Shown here one piece after another: positions 1 to 9,279 of a stretch of 64,000 nucleotides of DNA. The DNA is taken from IMG/VR virus record IMGVR_UViG_3300021387_000529, positions 90,811 through 154,810 of that record; one strand, given 5' to 3'. How positions within the stretch are numbered: position 1 is the stretch's first letter; every line of letters begins with the position of its first letter. The stretch is from a virus. Its lineage: Duplodnaviria; Heunggongvirae; Uroviricota; Caudoviricetes. The notes under the pieces are model-generated. The model made no database searches and was not told the origin of the DNA. It saw nothing but the letters and a program-made list of their open reading frames with translations. The translations under genes and the position numbers were made by a program.

Positions 1-435
1 TATGACGCAAATGTAAAAGACTTTATTGCGAATATCAAACGTCTTTTAGTTGAAAATCACTATCCACGCTTAGTTCAAACTTTGTATGAAAATCACAAAA
101 AGACTAATGAAGAACTAGCACAAGAACTTGAAAATGGCGAAAAAGTTGACTCTTTGACGCAATATTGTGTAAAGAAAACAGGTGAAAGATTGTATCGTAT
201 CGACAAAGTTTTACCTTGGAAAAATATTGCAATTATCGTTCTTGAGCAAAGTTCTGTTCCTGGTGACAATGTCGGAACAGTTCTAAAATATTCATATCAA
301 AAGTCTTTGGTTTTATACCTGAAAAATTACCGCACTGGAGTTTTCAAAAATATTGACGAAGCTTCTGATGACTTCTTCAACAACAGTCTTTTAGTTTCTG
401 AAATTACTGTTAATCCTAATAATAAAGAGGACTAA
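1..435 (+). CDS. Hypothetical protein, 5' truncated by the window edge
   Basis: Frame is open from base 1 to TAA at 433-435. Confidence 0.7.
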   Translation, partial: YDANVKDFIANIKRLLVENHYPRLVQTLYENHKKTNEELAQELENGEKVDSLTQYCVKKTGERLYRIDKVLPWKNIAIIVLEQSSVPGDNVGTVLKYSYQKSLVLYLKNYRTGVFKNIDEASDDFFNNSLLVSEITVNPNNKED

Positions 436-436
436 A

Positions 437-838
437 ATGGAAACCATTATTTCTTTTATATTTTTTGTTATTATTGGGATTTCATGCTTTTTAATTTTGA
501 GAAAACAATCAAAACTTGAAGACATGCTCAAAAAGCTCACAGTTGCTGGTGAAGAAATCTTCAACGATAATGAGTTGAATACAGTTTTCATTCAAAAAGC
601 TTTGGACACTTTATCTGAAGCCGGGTATGAACCTGATATTAGTGTTGATGAAAATGGCCAACGTTGGATTACAGCTAAAGTTGCTGAAAACACAAATGTA
701 AACACAATCAAACTTTCAAAAGAATTATTTCAGTCTAAAAACTTTGGCCCGATTGAGAAGATTTTGAAAAATGAAATCAATGAAGTTTTGCCTTCATTTG
801 TAGAAAAAATTAAAGGAGAACAAAATGCTAAAAATTAA
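437..838 (+). CDS. Hypothetical protein with N-terminal transmembrane helix
   Basis: GAGG RBS; hydrophobic IISFIFFVIIGISCFLIL. Confidence 0.75.
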   Translation: METIISFIFFVIIGISCFLILRKQSKLEDMLKKLTVAGEEIFNDNELNTVFIQKALDTLSEAGYEPDISVDENGQRWITAKVAENTNVNTIKLSKELFQSKNFGPIEKILKNEINEVLPSFVEKIKGEQNAKN

Positions 839-1478
839 GAGTGTCACATATGACATAATGGACCATGGTCCTGCAATTGCACACCCAGTTATCACAATTG
901 ACTTTGAGCCTGTTGAGTCTTATGACGGAGATCTTTTTGAAGACTTGAAGAAAAAGATTACTGAAGCCAAACTTGATGATGTTTATGCTGAAGCAATCAA
1001 CTACAAACAGATTGTTTATTTCTTGTTTAAAGGCCGCATTTTCCAGAAAGAAAATATTCCAGTTTATCAAGACTTGTTTGATAAAATTTCACGTGAAGCT
1101 GCGAACATGCAGAAGCCTCTTTTGGAGTCACATACAATCACTGTCAACCAGATGAAGCCACCATTTTTCATGTGGGAAGGTTTGCCACAAGACTTCACTG
1201 GGATAGAAAGCGCATACAATGACTTCAATGTTCCATATGCAATTCTTGACGGAAGTTCAGAATACTCACCAATTGCTCTTCAGCAGATTATGAACCACCC
1301 TTATGGAACTGTTTTCATCGAATGGAACAGCAAAGCAAAAGAGCTTTACAAAGAAATTGAAGAGACTTTCCATGGTCTTAAGAGCTTCTTGATTGCAAGA
1401 GCTGGTTATGACTATAATGAAGCTAAGAAGTTTGCACTTGAAAATAAATGCTGCTTGTATATGAAAAATAATTATTAA
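825..1478 (+). CDS. Hypothetical protein
   Basis: AGGAG RBS, 217 aa, followed by a terminator. Confidence 0.75.
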   Translation: MLKIKSVTYDIMDHGPAIAHPVITIDFEPVESYDGDLFEDLKKKITEAKLDDVYAEAINYKQIVYFLFKGRIFQKENIPVYQDLFDKISREAANMQKPLLESHTITVNQMKPPFFMWEGLPQDFTGIESAYNDFNVPYAILDGSSEYSPIALQQIMNHPYGTVFIEWNSKAKELYKEIEETFHGLKSFLIARAGYDYNEAKKFALENKCCLYMKNNY

Positions 1479-1484
1479 AAAAAT

Positions 1485-1511
1485 AAAGGGACGCTTAAGC
1501 GTCCCTTTTTT
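1485..1511. terminator. Bidirectional rho-independent terminator
   Basis: AAAGGGACGC-TTAA-GCGTCCCTTTTTT between convergent genes. Confidence 0.8.
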
Positions 1512-1526
1512 ATGCTCTTTTATACG

Positions 1527-2471
1527 TTAGTTTGCATAAGAGTTTGGATCATTTGTCCATCTAAGTGAGAATACTTCACCTTGTGCAATACCGTATGGAT
1601 TGTCAATTGAGCAATTTTCTACTGTCATGTTCAAACCAACATTTGAAGGTCTAACTGAAACAGAGAATTCCCACTGTCTGTCAGCAGGCTGAGAAACTGC
1701 TGGGTCAGGAATAAATGTAATTACGCCTTCACCTGTAGACTCATCAATAGTCTTTGACTGCATTACAAAGTAATACTCACCAATGTTAGAAGCAACAAGA
1801 ACAAGACGGCCTGGGTACATAGAATATTCATCAAATGTGAGGTCGAATGTCCAACCACGATAAGAGTCAATGTAGCGACCATTTCTGATTTCAGGATTGA
1901 ACTCATATTTAGCATAGTAAGAAACTAATGTTGAGTATGGGTCGTAAACATCAATTGTTGACTGGAGTGACTTAGAAACAAGCTGACCACCATTGTCAGG
2001 GTCACCTTTATACCAACCAACAAATCTCCAACCAAATGGCTCAAATGCTGTGAAGATTACGTCTGTTCCGTTCTGAACTTCACTATGAACTGGAGTTGCA
2101 TAAGCACCTGAGTCAATGGCTCCAGATGGAGTAATGAATGTGTTGAAACCAACATTGTGAACTGGAACTGAAACAGCAACCATGCCTTTTACATATTTGA
2201 TAGTTGTTGGCTCTTGTGAGTCTTGACCAAATACGCCAGGCATTGTGAGGATTTTTGCAGCTTCTTTGATTGAGTTTGCTACAACTGAAACAGGATAGTC
2301 TCCCTCATCTGTTGAGAAATAACCTGTATACTGATTTAAAGTTCTAACTTCCTGGCCGCGTGGACGTCTACGTGCCATATCAATATCACGCATTGTTACG
2401 TCAACTTTTCCGTCACCGTTAACGTCCCAACCTGCAGGATTGTAAGAACCTGGAATGAATTGTGGTCCCAT
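1527..2471 (-). CDS. Putative virion/surface protein with a dockerin-like Ca-binding loop and an InlB B-repeat-like segment
   Basis: Motifs DVNGDGKVD and GWRFVGWYKG; start moved to ATG 2471 behind AGGAG. Confidence 0.55.
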   Translation of the reverse strand: MGPQFIPGSYNPAGWDVNGDGKVDVTMRDIDMARRRPRGQEVRTLNQYTGYFSTDEGDYPVSVVANSIKEAAKILTMPGVFGQDSQEPTTIKYVKGMVAVSVPVHNVGFNTFITPSGAIDSGAYATPVHSEVQNGTDVIFTAFEPFGWRFVGWYKGDPDNGGQLVSKSLQSTIDVYDPYSTLVSYYAKYEFNPEIRNGRYIDSYRGWTFDLTFDEYSMYPGRLVLVASNIGEYYFVMQSKTIDESTGEGVITFIPDPAVSQPADRQWEFSVSVRPSNVGLNMTVENCSIDNPYGIAQGEVFSLRWTNDPNSYAN

Positions 2472-2525
2472 ATTAAAATCTCCTATAGATATTAAAATAG
2501 TCGCTATATTCAAAAAGACAAAAGT

Positions 2526-2575
2526 TTATTGTAAAATTACCTTTTATTAGATTTCTTATTGTAAATTTACCTTTT
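2526..2575. repeat. Two 20-bp direct repeats with palindromic core (operator-like)
   Basis: TTATTGTAAAWTTACCTTTT at 2526 and 2556. Confidence 0.7.
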
Positions 2576-2606
2576 TTCGATGCCTACTAAATAATTACTA
2601 AATATT

Positions 2607-2882
2607 ATGAAACAAAGGAGACTACGAAGTGAAATTATTGACCTGAATACTGGCCAAAAATATCACAATGAAACAGAAGCTGCTGATGCAACTGGAGTTT
2701 CTCGCTATTTGATACACAAGAGCATTGAGAAACATAAGATTTGTAAAGGTGTTGCTTTTGCGGCATATTATTATGGAATTGACATTGAATTCATGAAAAA
2801 TATGTACAATGTTGATATTAGAAAGAAAAGAGACTTCGAAGCTGAAGTGAAAAATAGAAAGGAGAAAAAATTGAATGGCTGA
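2607..2882 (+). CDS. Small NUMOD1-like HTH DNA-binding protein
   Basis: IIDLNTGQKYHNETEAADATGVSRYLIHKSI pattern. Confidence 0.55.
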   Translation: MKQRRLRSEIIDLNTGQKYHNETEAADATGVSRYLIHKSIEKHKICKGVAFAAYYYGIDIEFMKNMYNVDIRKKRDFEAEVKNRKEKKLNG

Positions 2883-3987
2883 TGAATACTCACCAATAGC
2901 GCTCAACCCAAATATGGTTGAAAAAATGAATGAAGCAAATACTACTCTTAATGAGGTTAAAAATGCACCTCCAGGATATGTAAATATTAAATTATCAACA
3001 CGTGGAAAAGTTGGAGCACCAGAAAGCTTTTGGATTCGTAACTTTATTCCTGAAGATTTAGCAGTTCTTGCAACTACACCTGAAAATGACATGCCAATCA
3101 AAGTTGTTGAAATTCTTGATAGCATGGTTTGGAATCCAGACCCAAATAACATAATTTCTGTTAAAAACTTCCATGAGAAAGAAGTTATTGAGACATTGCT
3201 CGATATTTATGAAATCTTCTATACTTCTGTTTTTCCTGACCAAACGTGGGTTCCAACTGAAGAAGATGTTGCATTCCTTGAAAAGCAGTATGGTGGAAAA
3301 GACTCTGATGCTTTCCGTAAACAAATGAAAGCTCTTGAGAACGGAGATTGGAAGCCTAAATTTGACCTTGATATTTCAAAGCTTGACTATTATGAAATTC
3401 CAGATGATTTCAAAACATCAGTTCGTGTTAAAAAACGCATCGCTGGTGAAGATGTCTCTATTAAATTTTCACTTCCAAAATATGGTGACTTCGTTACATT
3501 GAAATTTTTCATCGATGAAATGTACAAGAAAGAAGATAGCCGCTACAGACGTATCGGTGAAATTATCAAGTTCCGTGAAGATGCAAAAGAACGCATTAGA
3601 CAAGGTGAAAATGTAAACTTAGCAGGAATTCCAGATGTTCCACAAAATGAGTATGATGAATATAAGAAATATGAGCAGGAAAAAGTAATCTTCACAATGA
3701 CTGCAACAAAAGCTCTCTATATTGAAGAGTTTCAAGGTGTTTCTTATGTTGGCAAATCTCTTGCTGAGAAGTTGGAAGTTGCCCGTGATCCTCGTATTAC
3801 ATATACATTATTCCAGCAAGCTCAGAAGTTGTTTGACACATTAAAATTCGGCTATAAAGAGGAAATTACTGTTTTCGACCCGATTATGCAAAAAGTCGTT
3901 ACCAGAAACTATACATTTCAACTCTCTGATTTACTTCAAGCCATTTCAAATCCAAGAGATATTGAGGCTGATCTATCTTTTGAGTGA
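2875..3987 (+). CDS. Phage protein, possibly baseplate hub/tail assembly related
   Basis: 370 aa, AGGAG RBS; function is a weak guess. Confidence 0.45.
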   Translation: MADEYSPIALNPNMVEKMNEANTTLNEVKNAPPGYVNIKLSTRGKVGAPESFWIRNFIPEDLAVLATTPENDMPIKVVEILDSMVWNPDPNNIISVKNFHEKEVIETLLDIYEIFYTSVFPDQTWVPTEEDVAFLEKQYGGKDSDAFRKQMKALENGDWKPKFDLDISKLDYYEIPDDFKTSVRVKKRIAGEDVSIKFSLPKYGDFVTLKFFIDEMYKKEDSRYRRIGEIIKFREDAKERIRQGENVNLAGIPDVPQNEYDEYKKYEQEKVIFTMTATKALYIEEFQGVSYVGKSLAEKLEVARDPRITYTLFQQAQKLFDTLKFGYKEEITVFDPIMQKVVTRNYTFQLSDLLQAISNPRDIEADLSFE

Positions 3988-4219
3988 GGATACGGGCTTC
4001 ACATTTGATGAGCTTTTTCACATGAGAATGGACTACTTGATGATGTTGAAAGATGTCAAAGACCAAATCATTGAAGAGCGCAACAAAGCTCAAGAAGAAG
4101 CTGAAGCTAAACAGTCTGGAGCAGGAACTAAACTTTCAAGTAATTCATTCAGTGCTTCATCGATTAAGTCTTTGGCTTCTAAGTATGGCGTTTCGATGCC
4201 TTCAGGTTTACATCTATAA
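3962..4219 (+). CDS. Small phage protein, possible tail/baseplate assembly chaperone
   Basis: GFTFDELFHMRMDYL followed by a charged helix; start uncertain. Confidence 0.4.
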   Translation: MRLIYLLSEDTGFTFDELFHMRMDYLMMLKDVKDQIIEERNKAQEEAEAKQSGAGTKLSSNSFSASSIKSLASKYGVSMPSGLHL

Positions 4220-4244
4220 AAATTATTAAAAGGTTCAATTATTT

Positions 4245-4283
4245 TTGAACCTTTTTTTATTTTCTCATATATTATGTACGTAA
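4245..4283 (+). promoter_or_regulatory. Repeated sigma70-type phage promoter
   Basis: TTGAAC-N17-TATATT-AT-N3-CGTAA; one of 11 copies. Confidence 0.8.
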
Positions 4284-4311
4284 ATCGACAATAAAAACAG
4301 GAGATACACAG

Positions 4312-5361
4312 ATGATAAACCAGGTAGAACAATCACAGGTTGAAAACAATGTTGGAAAATCACAGAGCTTCTCAATTGCTCAGAACATGAACATTCTCGA
4401 CATTCTTTCAAACAAGATGTATGAGCAGCCGATTGAAGCTATTGTTCGAGAGGTTTACAGTAACGCAATTGATGCGAACATCGAAGGTAAAACTTCTGGC
4501 AAAATTGATGTTGTCCTTCCGACTGAACAAAATCCTGTCTTCAGGGTAACAGACCATGGAATTGGTATGACTGATGAAAAAGTCAGAAAGGTTTACTGTG
4601 AGTATGGTAACTCAACTAAAGGTGACGACAACTCACAGATTGGTGGTTTTGGAATTGGTTGTAAAACACCTTTCGCTTACACTGACCAGTTCACTGTAAC
4701 AACTTCTAAGAATGGAAAGAAAAACTCATATGTTGCCTTCAAAGGTGACACTGGCTATGAGCTCGTTCCTGCTTCAAGTTCAGACTGCAATGAAAGCGGA
4801 ACTACAGTTGAAGTTCCAGTAAAACCTGAAGACATGGAAGACTTTATCGTAGCTGCTGTTAAAGTTTTCTTCTTCGCAAAAGAATTCCCGAATATGGATG
4901 AAGTTTCACTTGAAGCTTTTAAGTCATGGGTTCAAAGATGCCTTTTCCTTGAAAATAAAGATGAAGCAATGAAAGTCTATATGATTGAGCGTGTCAGAAT
5001 ACAGAATGGCTCATCATATTTCAAGAAGCTTCAGTTTGGAAACAATCTTCTTGCTGAAATTGGTGGTGTTGCATACGGTATTGACAGCAATGTTCTGAAA
5101 AATAACTTCTTCTCAGGAACAATTGTAATGCACATTCCTGTTGGTGAGGTTTCAGTTCAGGCATCTCGTGAAAAACTGAACTACAACAAAGACACAATTG
5201 CAAAGCTGAAGAAATACTTCTTGGAGTCACTCAGAAAGTTTGAAAAAGAGGTTGATGACATTCTTGAAGACAAGTCACTCAACTACATTGAAAAACACAA
5301 CTTCTGCAGACTCATCAATATTGGGCATTATGAAGATGCTGTAGACTTCTGCTGCAGATAA
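4312..5361 (+). CDS. rIIA: rIIA-like protein with GHKL (HSP90-like) ATPase domain, short form
   Basis: AIVREVYSNAIDA, DHGIGM, STKGD..QIGGFGIGCK, SGTTVEVPV, SREKL. Confidence 0.75.
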   Translation: MINQVEQSQVENNVGKSQSFSIAQNMNILDILSNKMYEQPIEAIVREVYSNAIDANIEGKTSGKIDVVLPTEQNPVFRVTDHGIGMTDEKVRKVYCEYGNSTKGDDNSQIGGFGIGCKTPFAYTDQFTVTTSKNGKKNSYVAFKGDTGYELVPASSSDCNESGTTVEVPVKPEDMEDFIVAAVKVFFFAKEFPNMDEVSLEAFKSWVQRCLFLENKDEAMKVYMIERVRIQNGSSYFKKLQFGNNLLAEIGGVAYGIDSNVLKNNFFSGTIVMHIPVGEVSVQASREKLNYNKDTIAKLKKYFLESLRKFEKEVDDILEDKSLNYIEKHNFCRLINIGHYEDAVDFCCR

Positions 5362-5400
5362 CGAAATAAAAGCTGGTTGCCATATGTTAATCTATTTTAT

Positions 5401-5610
5401 ATGGCAAACCAGATTTTAATAAAAACAAACGAGAAGGGCGAAAAAGAAATAAACATTAAACTTGAAAAAACAATTGATGCTTTCGACTTTCGCCGCGTGC
5501 TTGAATTGGTTCGAAACTCATGTGTAAACTTTGAAGCAGGAACTTATACTTTTAGCTATAATTTAAAAAACAGTGATTTAAATATTGACTCTTACACAGG
5601 AGCATATTGA
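5401..5610 (+). CDS. Hypothetical protein
   Basis: ORF from ATG 5401. Confidence 0.55.
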   Translation: MANQILIKTNEKGEKEINIKLEKTIDAFDFRRVLELVRNSCVNFEAGTYTFSYNLKNSDLNIDSYTGAY

Positions 5611-5993
5611 TGGCTGACACAAAAACTAATGATGAGCGTACAAAGACAATCACCATTCTTGGTGAAGAGTGGCTCATTATTTACAAAAAAGATGACCCTG
5701 CATTTGAGCATGCATTAGGTTATACAGTTGATGTTGACAGGACAATTATTGTTCAAGACATTGATGAAAACTTTGATGAAACAAATGCTGAGTTTAATGT
5801 TGTTCAGCAACATGCCAACCTCAAACGTGTTTTGAGGCATGAGATTGTACATGCATTTTTGATGGAAAGCGGTCTTGATGAAGACTCACACACTTATGAG
5901 AATGGTTGGGCCACAAATGAAGAGATGGTTGACTGGTTTGCGCGTCAAGCACCAAAAATCTATAAAGTTTACAAAGAACTTAAAATCATATAA
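5610..5993 (+). CDS. Phage protein with HExxH metallopeptidase-like motif
   Basis: VLRHEIVHAFLMESGL, NEEMVDWFA. Confidence 0.65.
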   Translation: MADTKTNDERTKTITILGEEWLIIYKKDDPAFEHALGYTVDVDRTIIVQDIDENFDETNAEFNVVQQHANLKRVLRHEIVHAFLMESGLDEDSHTYENGWATNEEMVDWFARQAPKIYKVYKELKII

Positions 5994-6009
5994 TCTTGGG
6001 GGTTGTGTT

Positions 6010-6480
6010 ATGCAGAGCAATGAAGAACTTCTCAACATTGAGTTTGAGAAATATTGGAATGTCGTAAAAAATGAAATTCCAACCAACAGCATTAAAGAAA
6101 TCGCAAAAATGTTTTTCATGCAGGGGCATGTTTGTAATGTTCCAGCTAGCAAAGAACTTTCAAAGAAAGAGTTCGAAGATTTCTGTTTCATGTCATTTGT
6201 TAAGGATTGTATTGAGCATCCTGAAGATATGGTAAACCAAACTGAGCAAACCGACTTTGTTGAAGTTACAGCGCCTTGTGGCGAGAAAGAAAAATGTGTT
6301 GCTTTCCCAGACCGCTGTGAAGATGCTGGCTGTGAAGCTCCAGGCGTATGCCGTCGTTACATCAATATCTCTAAACTTTGTGGAGTTGAGGATGCAGTTG
6401 TAGTAAATCGAAAAGACATTCTTTCTAAAAAAGAAATTGATGCACTTGCTGAAGCGCTTGCAAAAGCTCGAGGTGAATAA
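6010..6480 (+). CDS. Hypothetical Cys-containing protein
   Basis: ORF from ATG 6010. Confidence 0.6.
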   Translation: MQSNEELLNIEFEKYWNVVKNEIPTNSIKEIAKMFFMQGHVCNVPASKELSKKEFEDFCFMSFVKDCIEHPEDMVNQTEQTDFVEVTAPCGEKEKCVAFPDRCEDAGCEAPGVCRRYINISKLCGVEDAVVVNRKDILSKKEIDALAEALAKARGE

Positions 6481-6481
6481 A

Positions 6482-7252
6482 ATGAAATTTGATAACCAGA
6501 TAATTTATGGCGCTATTCTTGGTGATATTGCCGGCTCAACTTTGGAAAATAAGTTTCCAGACAAAACTGAGCCTTTCCGTGAAATGGTTAAAAAAGGACA
6601 TTTTACAGATGACACAGTTTTGACAATTGCTGTCCTTGATGCCCTCAAACATAAAAGAAAAATGGATGAAGCTTTCAAAGATTGGGGCTCACGCTATTTT
6701 AATGCTGGTTTTTCAACAAACTTCAAAGAAAACATAATCTATCCAGAAGTTCCAAAGACTGGTGAATGCCATAGCAATTCAAATGGCGCTTTGATGATGC
6801 TTTCGCCTTTTATTGCAGCTCATAAAAATGACAATGACTACAGGCAGCTTATTGACCGAATGCATGAAGCAGTTAAAGTTACACATAACTGCACTGAATG
6901 TAATGAACTTGCATATGAGCTTATTCAACTCGCACGAGGTCAAGCTTATGGTTTTGCTTATGCATGCAGTATGCGGTATGCTAGTATTGGAGTTTATGAA
7001 GAAATGCTCAAAACACGAAAGTTTGACATTTCAGCATATGGAACTATGCGCGAAGCAATTATCATAAGGTTTATTTCAAAAAGTTTTGGTGAAGCAATTG
7101 AAAAATCTCTCATTCTTGGCGGTGACACTGACACTCGAACTTGTTTGGTTGGCATGTTGGCGGCTGGAGCATGGGGAATTGATGAAGAAGATATTGAGCT
7201 CGTTCGTGATAAAATTCCTGGAGAAATGTTAAAAATTATTGAACTTCCTTAA
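6482..7252 (+). CDS. ADP-ribosylglycohydrolase (DraG/ARH family)
   Basis: GAILGDIAGS, FTDDT, SNGALM, THN, GGDTDTR. Confidence 0.9.
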   Translation: MKFDNQIIYGAILGDIAGSTLENKFPDKTEPFREMVKKGHFTDDTVLTIAVLDALKHKRKMDEAFKDWGSRYFNAGFSTNFKENIIYPEVPKTGECHSNSNGALMMLSPFIAAHKNDNDYRQLIDRMHEAVKVTHNCTECNELAYELIQLARGQAYGFAYACSMRYASIGVYEEMLKTRKFDISAYGTMREAIIIRFISKSFGEAIEKSLILGGDTDTRTCLVGMLAAGAWGIDEEDIELVRDKIPGEMLKIIELP

Positions 7253-7277
7253 AACTTTTCATATATTATTTCCGTAA
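7239..7277 (+). promoter_or_regulatory. Repeated sigma70-type phage promoter
   Basis: TTGAAC-N17-TATATT...CGTAA. Confidence 0.8.
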
Positions 7278-7287
7278 AGAGGTGAAT

Positions 7288-8109
7288 ATGAACTTGATTG
7301 AACTTTCAAAAGCACATAACTGGGGTCTTCCAACTGTTTGTCCAAAATGTGGTGGAGCTCTGGTTCTTTCAGAAAATCATAAACAGCTTTATTGTGGAAA
7401 CACAAACTGCAAATCTTACATCAGTGGTCGTTTGACGAAGTTTACCAACACTCTTGAAATCAAAGAGTTTGGAACAGCCACTGTTGAAAAAATCGCTGAA
7501 AAATTTGATAGTGTCAGCTGCATTTACAAAGATGATGTTTATGACTACCTCAAAACTCTTGATGGTTATGGTGAGCGCTCAATCGCTAAAATGCGAAAAG
7601 AAGTTGCTGCTCACAATGAAATGACTCTTGCAAAGTTTATCGCAGCTTTCAATATTGAAGACATTGGTGAAAAAGTTGCTCAGAAAATTATCGACAATGT
7701 TGCAGCCACAAGTCTTGAAGACCTGACTATTGCTGATGCTTCAAAATACATTGGTGATGGTGTAAAAGAAAAAACTGCTCAAAAACTTCGTGATGGCCTT
7801 GATGCTCTCAAAGATGACATGAAAGAAGTTTTGAAGTATGTCAAAATTGTTGGTGTTGAAGAACCAGTTCAGGGTAATCTCGGTGGTAAGTCATTCTGTT
7901 TCACTGGAGCTGCTTCTCGCCCACGTAAAGAACTTCAGCAGATGGTAAAAGATAATGGTGGTATTGTATTCGATTCTTGTAAAAAAGGTCTTGACTACCT
8001 CGTTCTTGCTGACCCGAACTCAACTTCTACGAAAGCTGTAAAAGCTCGCAAAGATGGCGTAAATCTCATCAGTGAAGAAGACTTCGTAAAAATGTGTGGA
8101 GGAAACTAA
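7288..8109 (+). CDS. ligA: NAD-dependent DNA ligase C-terminal part (Zn finger, HhH, BRCT), no adenylation domain
   Basis: PTVCPKCG..YCGNTNC; HhH repeats (DGYGERS, EDIGEKVA); BRCT LGGKSFCFTG..KARKDGVNLISEEDF. Confidence 0.85.
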   Translation: MNLIELSKAHNWGLPTVCPKCGGALVLSENHKQLYCGNTNCKSYISGRLTKFTNTLEIKEFGTATVEKIAEKFDSVSCIYKDDVYDYLKTLDGYGERSIAKMRKEVAAHNEMTLAKFIAAFNIEDIGEKVAQKIIDNVAATSLEDLTIADASKYIGDGVKEKTAQKLRDGLDALKDDMKEVLKYVKIVGVEEPVQGNLGGKSFCFTGAASRPRKELQQMVKDNGGIVFDSCKKGLDYLVLADPNSTSTKAVKARKDGVNLISEEDFVKMCGGN

Positions 8110-8112
8110 AAG

Positions 8113-8334
8113 ATGACACGAAACAATACAAATTTTCCAATTCGACCTTTGCGGAATAATTATGGTATTTCTGCAATTGTTGCTCCGGTCATCTATCTTG
8201 TTATATGTGCATTGAGTTCTGGAACACCAAATGATAAGTTTTCTACTTTCATCATGACGACTGGAGTTGTTGAGCTCTTCTTTTGGTTCATGTTTAATTT
8301 CTTTGGTGACTGGAGTAAGAAAAATGGACATTGA
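8113..8334 (+). CDS. Small membrane protein
   Basis: Two hydrophobic segments. Confidence 0.55.
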   Translation: MTRNNTNFPIRPLRNNYGISAIVAPVIYLVICALSSGTPNDKFSTFIMTTGVVELFFWFMFNFFGDWSKKNGH

Positions 8335-8659
8335 TTGGGGAGATATTCTAAACGAAAAAGAAGAGCATGAAAAGCTTCTTGCAGATTGCGAAAAAGCTGT
8401 TAGAAATGAGCCTGAACTTGAACACGATATGGTTGTGCGAAAGACTTGGGCAGAATATGCAAAAGACATCAACAGAATGCGTGCTCAACTTCGTTACATG
8501 AAAAAGTCTGTTGGCTACCGTGGTGGTTGTTATTCACCATATGAAAATCAAAGAGACATCATTGACTGCGAAAAAGAAATCAAACGGCTGTGCAAACTTC
8601 GAGACACTGCTAAAGCGATGGAAAAAGCATCTGGCAATAAAATGGGAGAGATGAAATAA
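8324..8659 (+). CDS. Hypothetical protein
   Basis: GGAG RBS before ATG 8324. Confidence 0.6.
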   Translation: MDIDWGDILNEKEEHEKLLADCEKAVRNEPELEHDMVVRKTWAEYAKDINRMRAQLRYMKKSVGYRGGCYSPYENQRDIIDCEKEIKRLCKLRDTAKAMEKASGNKMGEMK

Positions 8660-8826
8660 TGAAATTTCCATTCAAAATCAGCACAAAGAAAAAGGAAGAT
8701 TGCAGTAAGCTTTTACTCTCAACGTTCAGCTTTATCGCAAATTCTTCTAGTGACGGTAAGCCACAAGAAGTTTCATTAGACATTGATGGAATGCCAAAAA
8801 CTTTTACTGTAAGAATAGTAAAATAA
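8659..8826 (+). CDS. Small hypothetical protein (55 aa, MKFPFKIS...)
   Basis: TAATG coupling, ends just before a terminator. Confidence 0.5.
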   Translation: MKFPFKISTKKKEDCSKLLLSTFSFIANSSSDGKPQEVSLDIDGMPKTFTVRIVK

Positions 8827-8830
8827 AAAA

Positions 8831-8851
8831 ATGGGAGCTTCAAGCTCCCAT
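8831..8851. terminator. Bidirectional terminator
   Basis: ATGGGAGCTT-C-AAGCTCCCAT between convergent genes. Confidence 0.75.
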
Positions 8852-8858
8852 AACTTTT

Positions 8859-9149
8859 TTACCATCTTTTTGTTTTTTGCAATAGGACAAAGAAATAGTC
8901 TAAACCATCTTCTTCTTCCACAGGTTTGAATGTTCCTAAAAGCCGCGATTCAGCAGTTTCTTTAAGCTGTCTTACAAGCTCATCAGAATACTTAATTTTC
9001 CTGTCTTCAGAATAATTGCTTGCAACATCCTTTGCAACTTTCAAGAGAACTTCTTCATTTTTAAGGTCTTTACGAGCAGCAACAATCACAACAGCAATGT
9101 TACCAACTTCATTAAAGAATTTGAATTTAAATAAATTAAACTCATTCAT
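8859..9149 (-). CDS. Hypothetical protein
   Basis: AAGGAG RBS, 96 aa. Confidence 0.65.
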   Translation of the reverse strand: MNEFNLFKFKFFNEVGNIAVVIVAARKDLKNEEVLLKVAKDVASNYSEDRKIKYSDELVRQLKETAESRLLGTFKPVEEEDGLDYFFVLLQKTKRW

Positions 9150-9203
9150 AGGCTGTTCTCCTTATCTATAAAAATAGATTAACACAATCAATATATTAGT
9201 AAA

Positions 9204-9227
9204 AAAGGGGACCAAACGGTCCCCTTT
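9204..9227 (-). terminator. Terminator downstream of flagellin
   Basis: AAAGGGGACC-N4-GGTCCCCTTT with T-run on the minus strand. Confidence 0.75.
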
Positions 9228-9279
9228 GACAATTTTTAATTTAAGCTATCTGATAGAAACCCACCCTCGAAACTATCAG

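Noticed and set aside
3960-3990. Tail-chaperone-type -1 frameshift joining 2875-3987 and 3962-4219
   Set aside because: The downstream ORF is in the +1 frame and there is no canonical slippery heptamer
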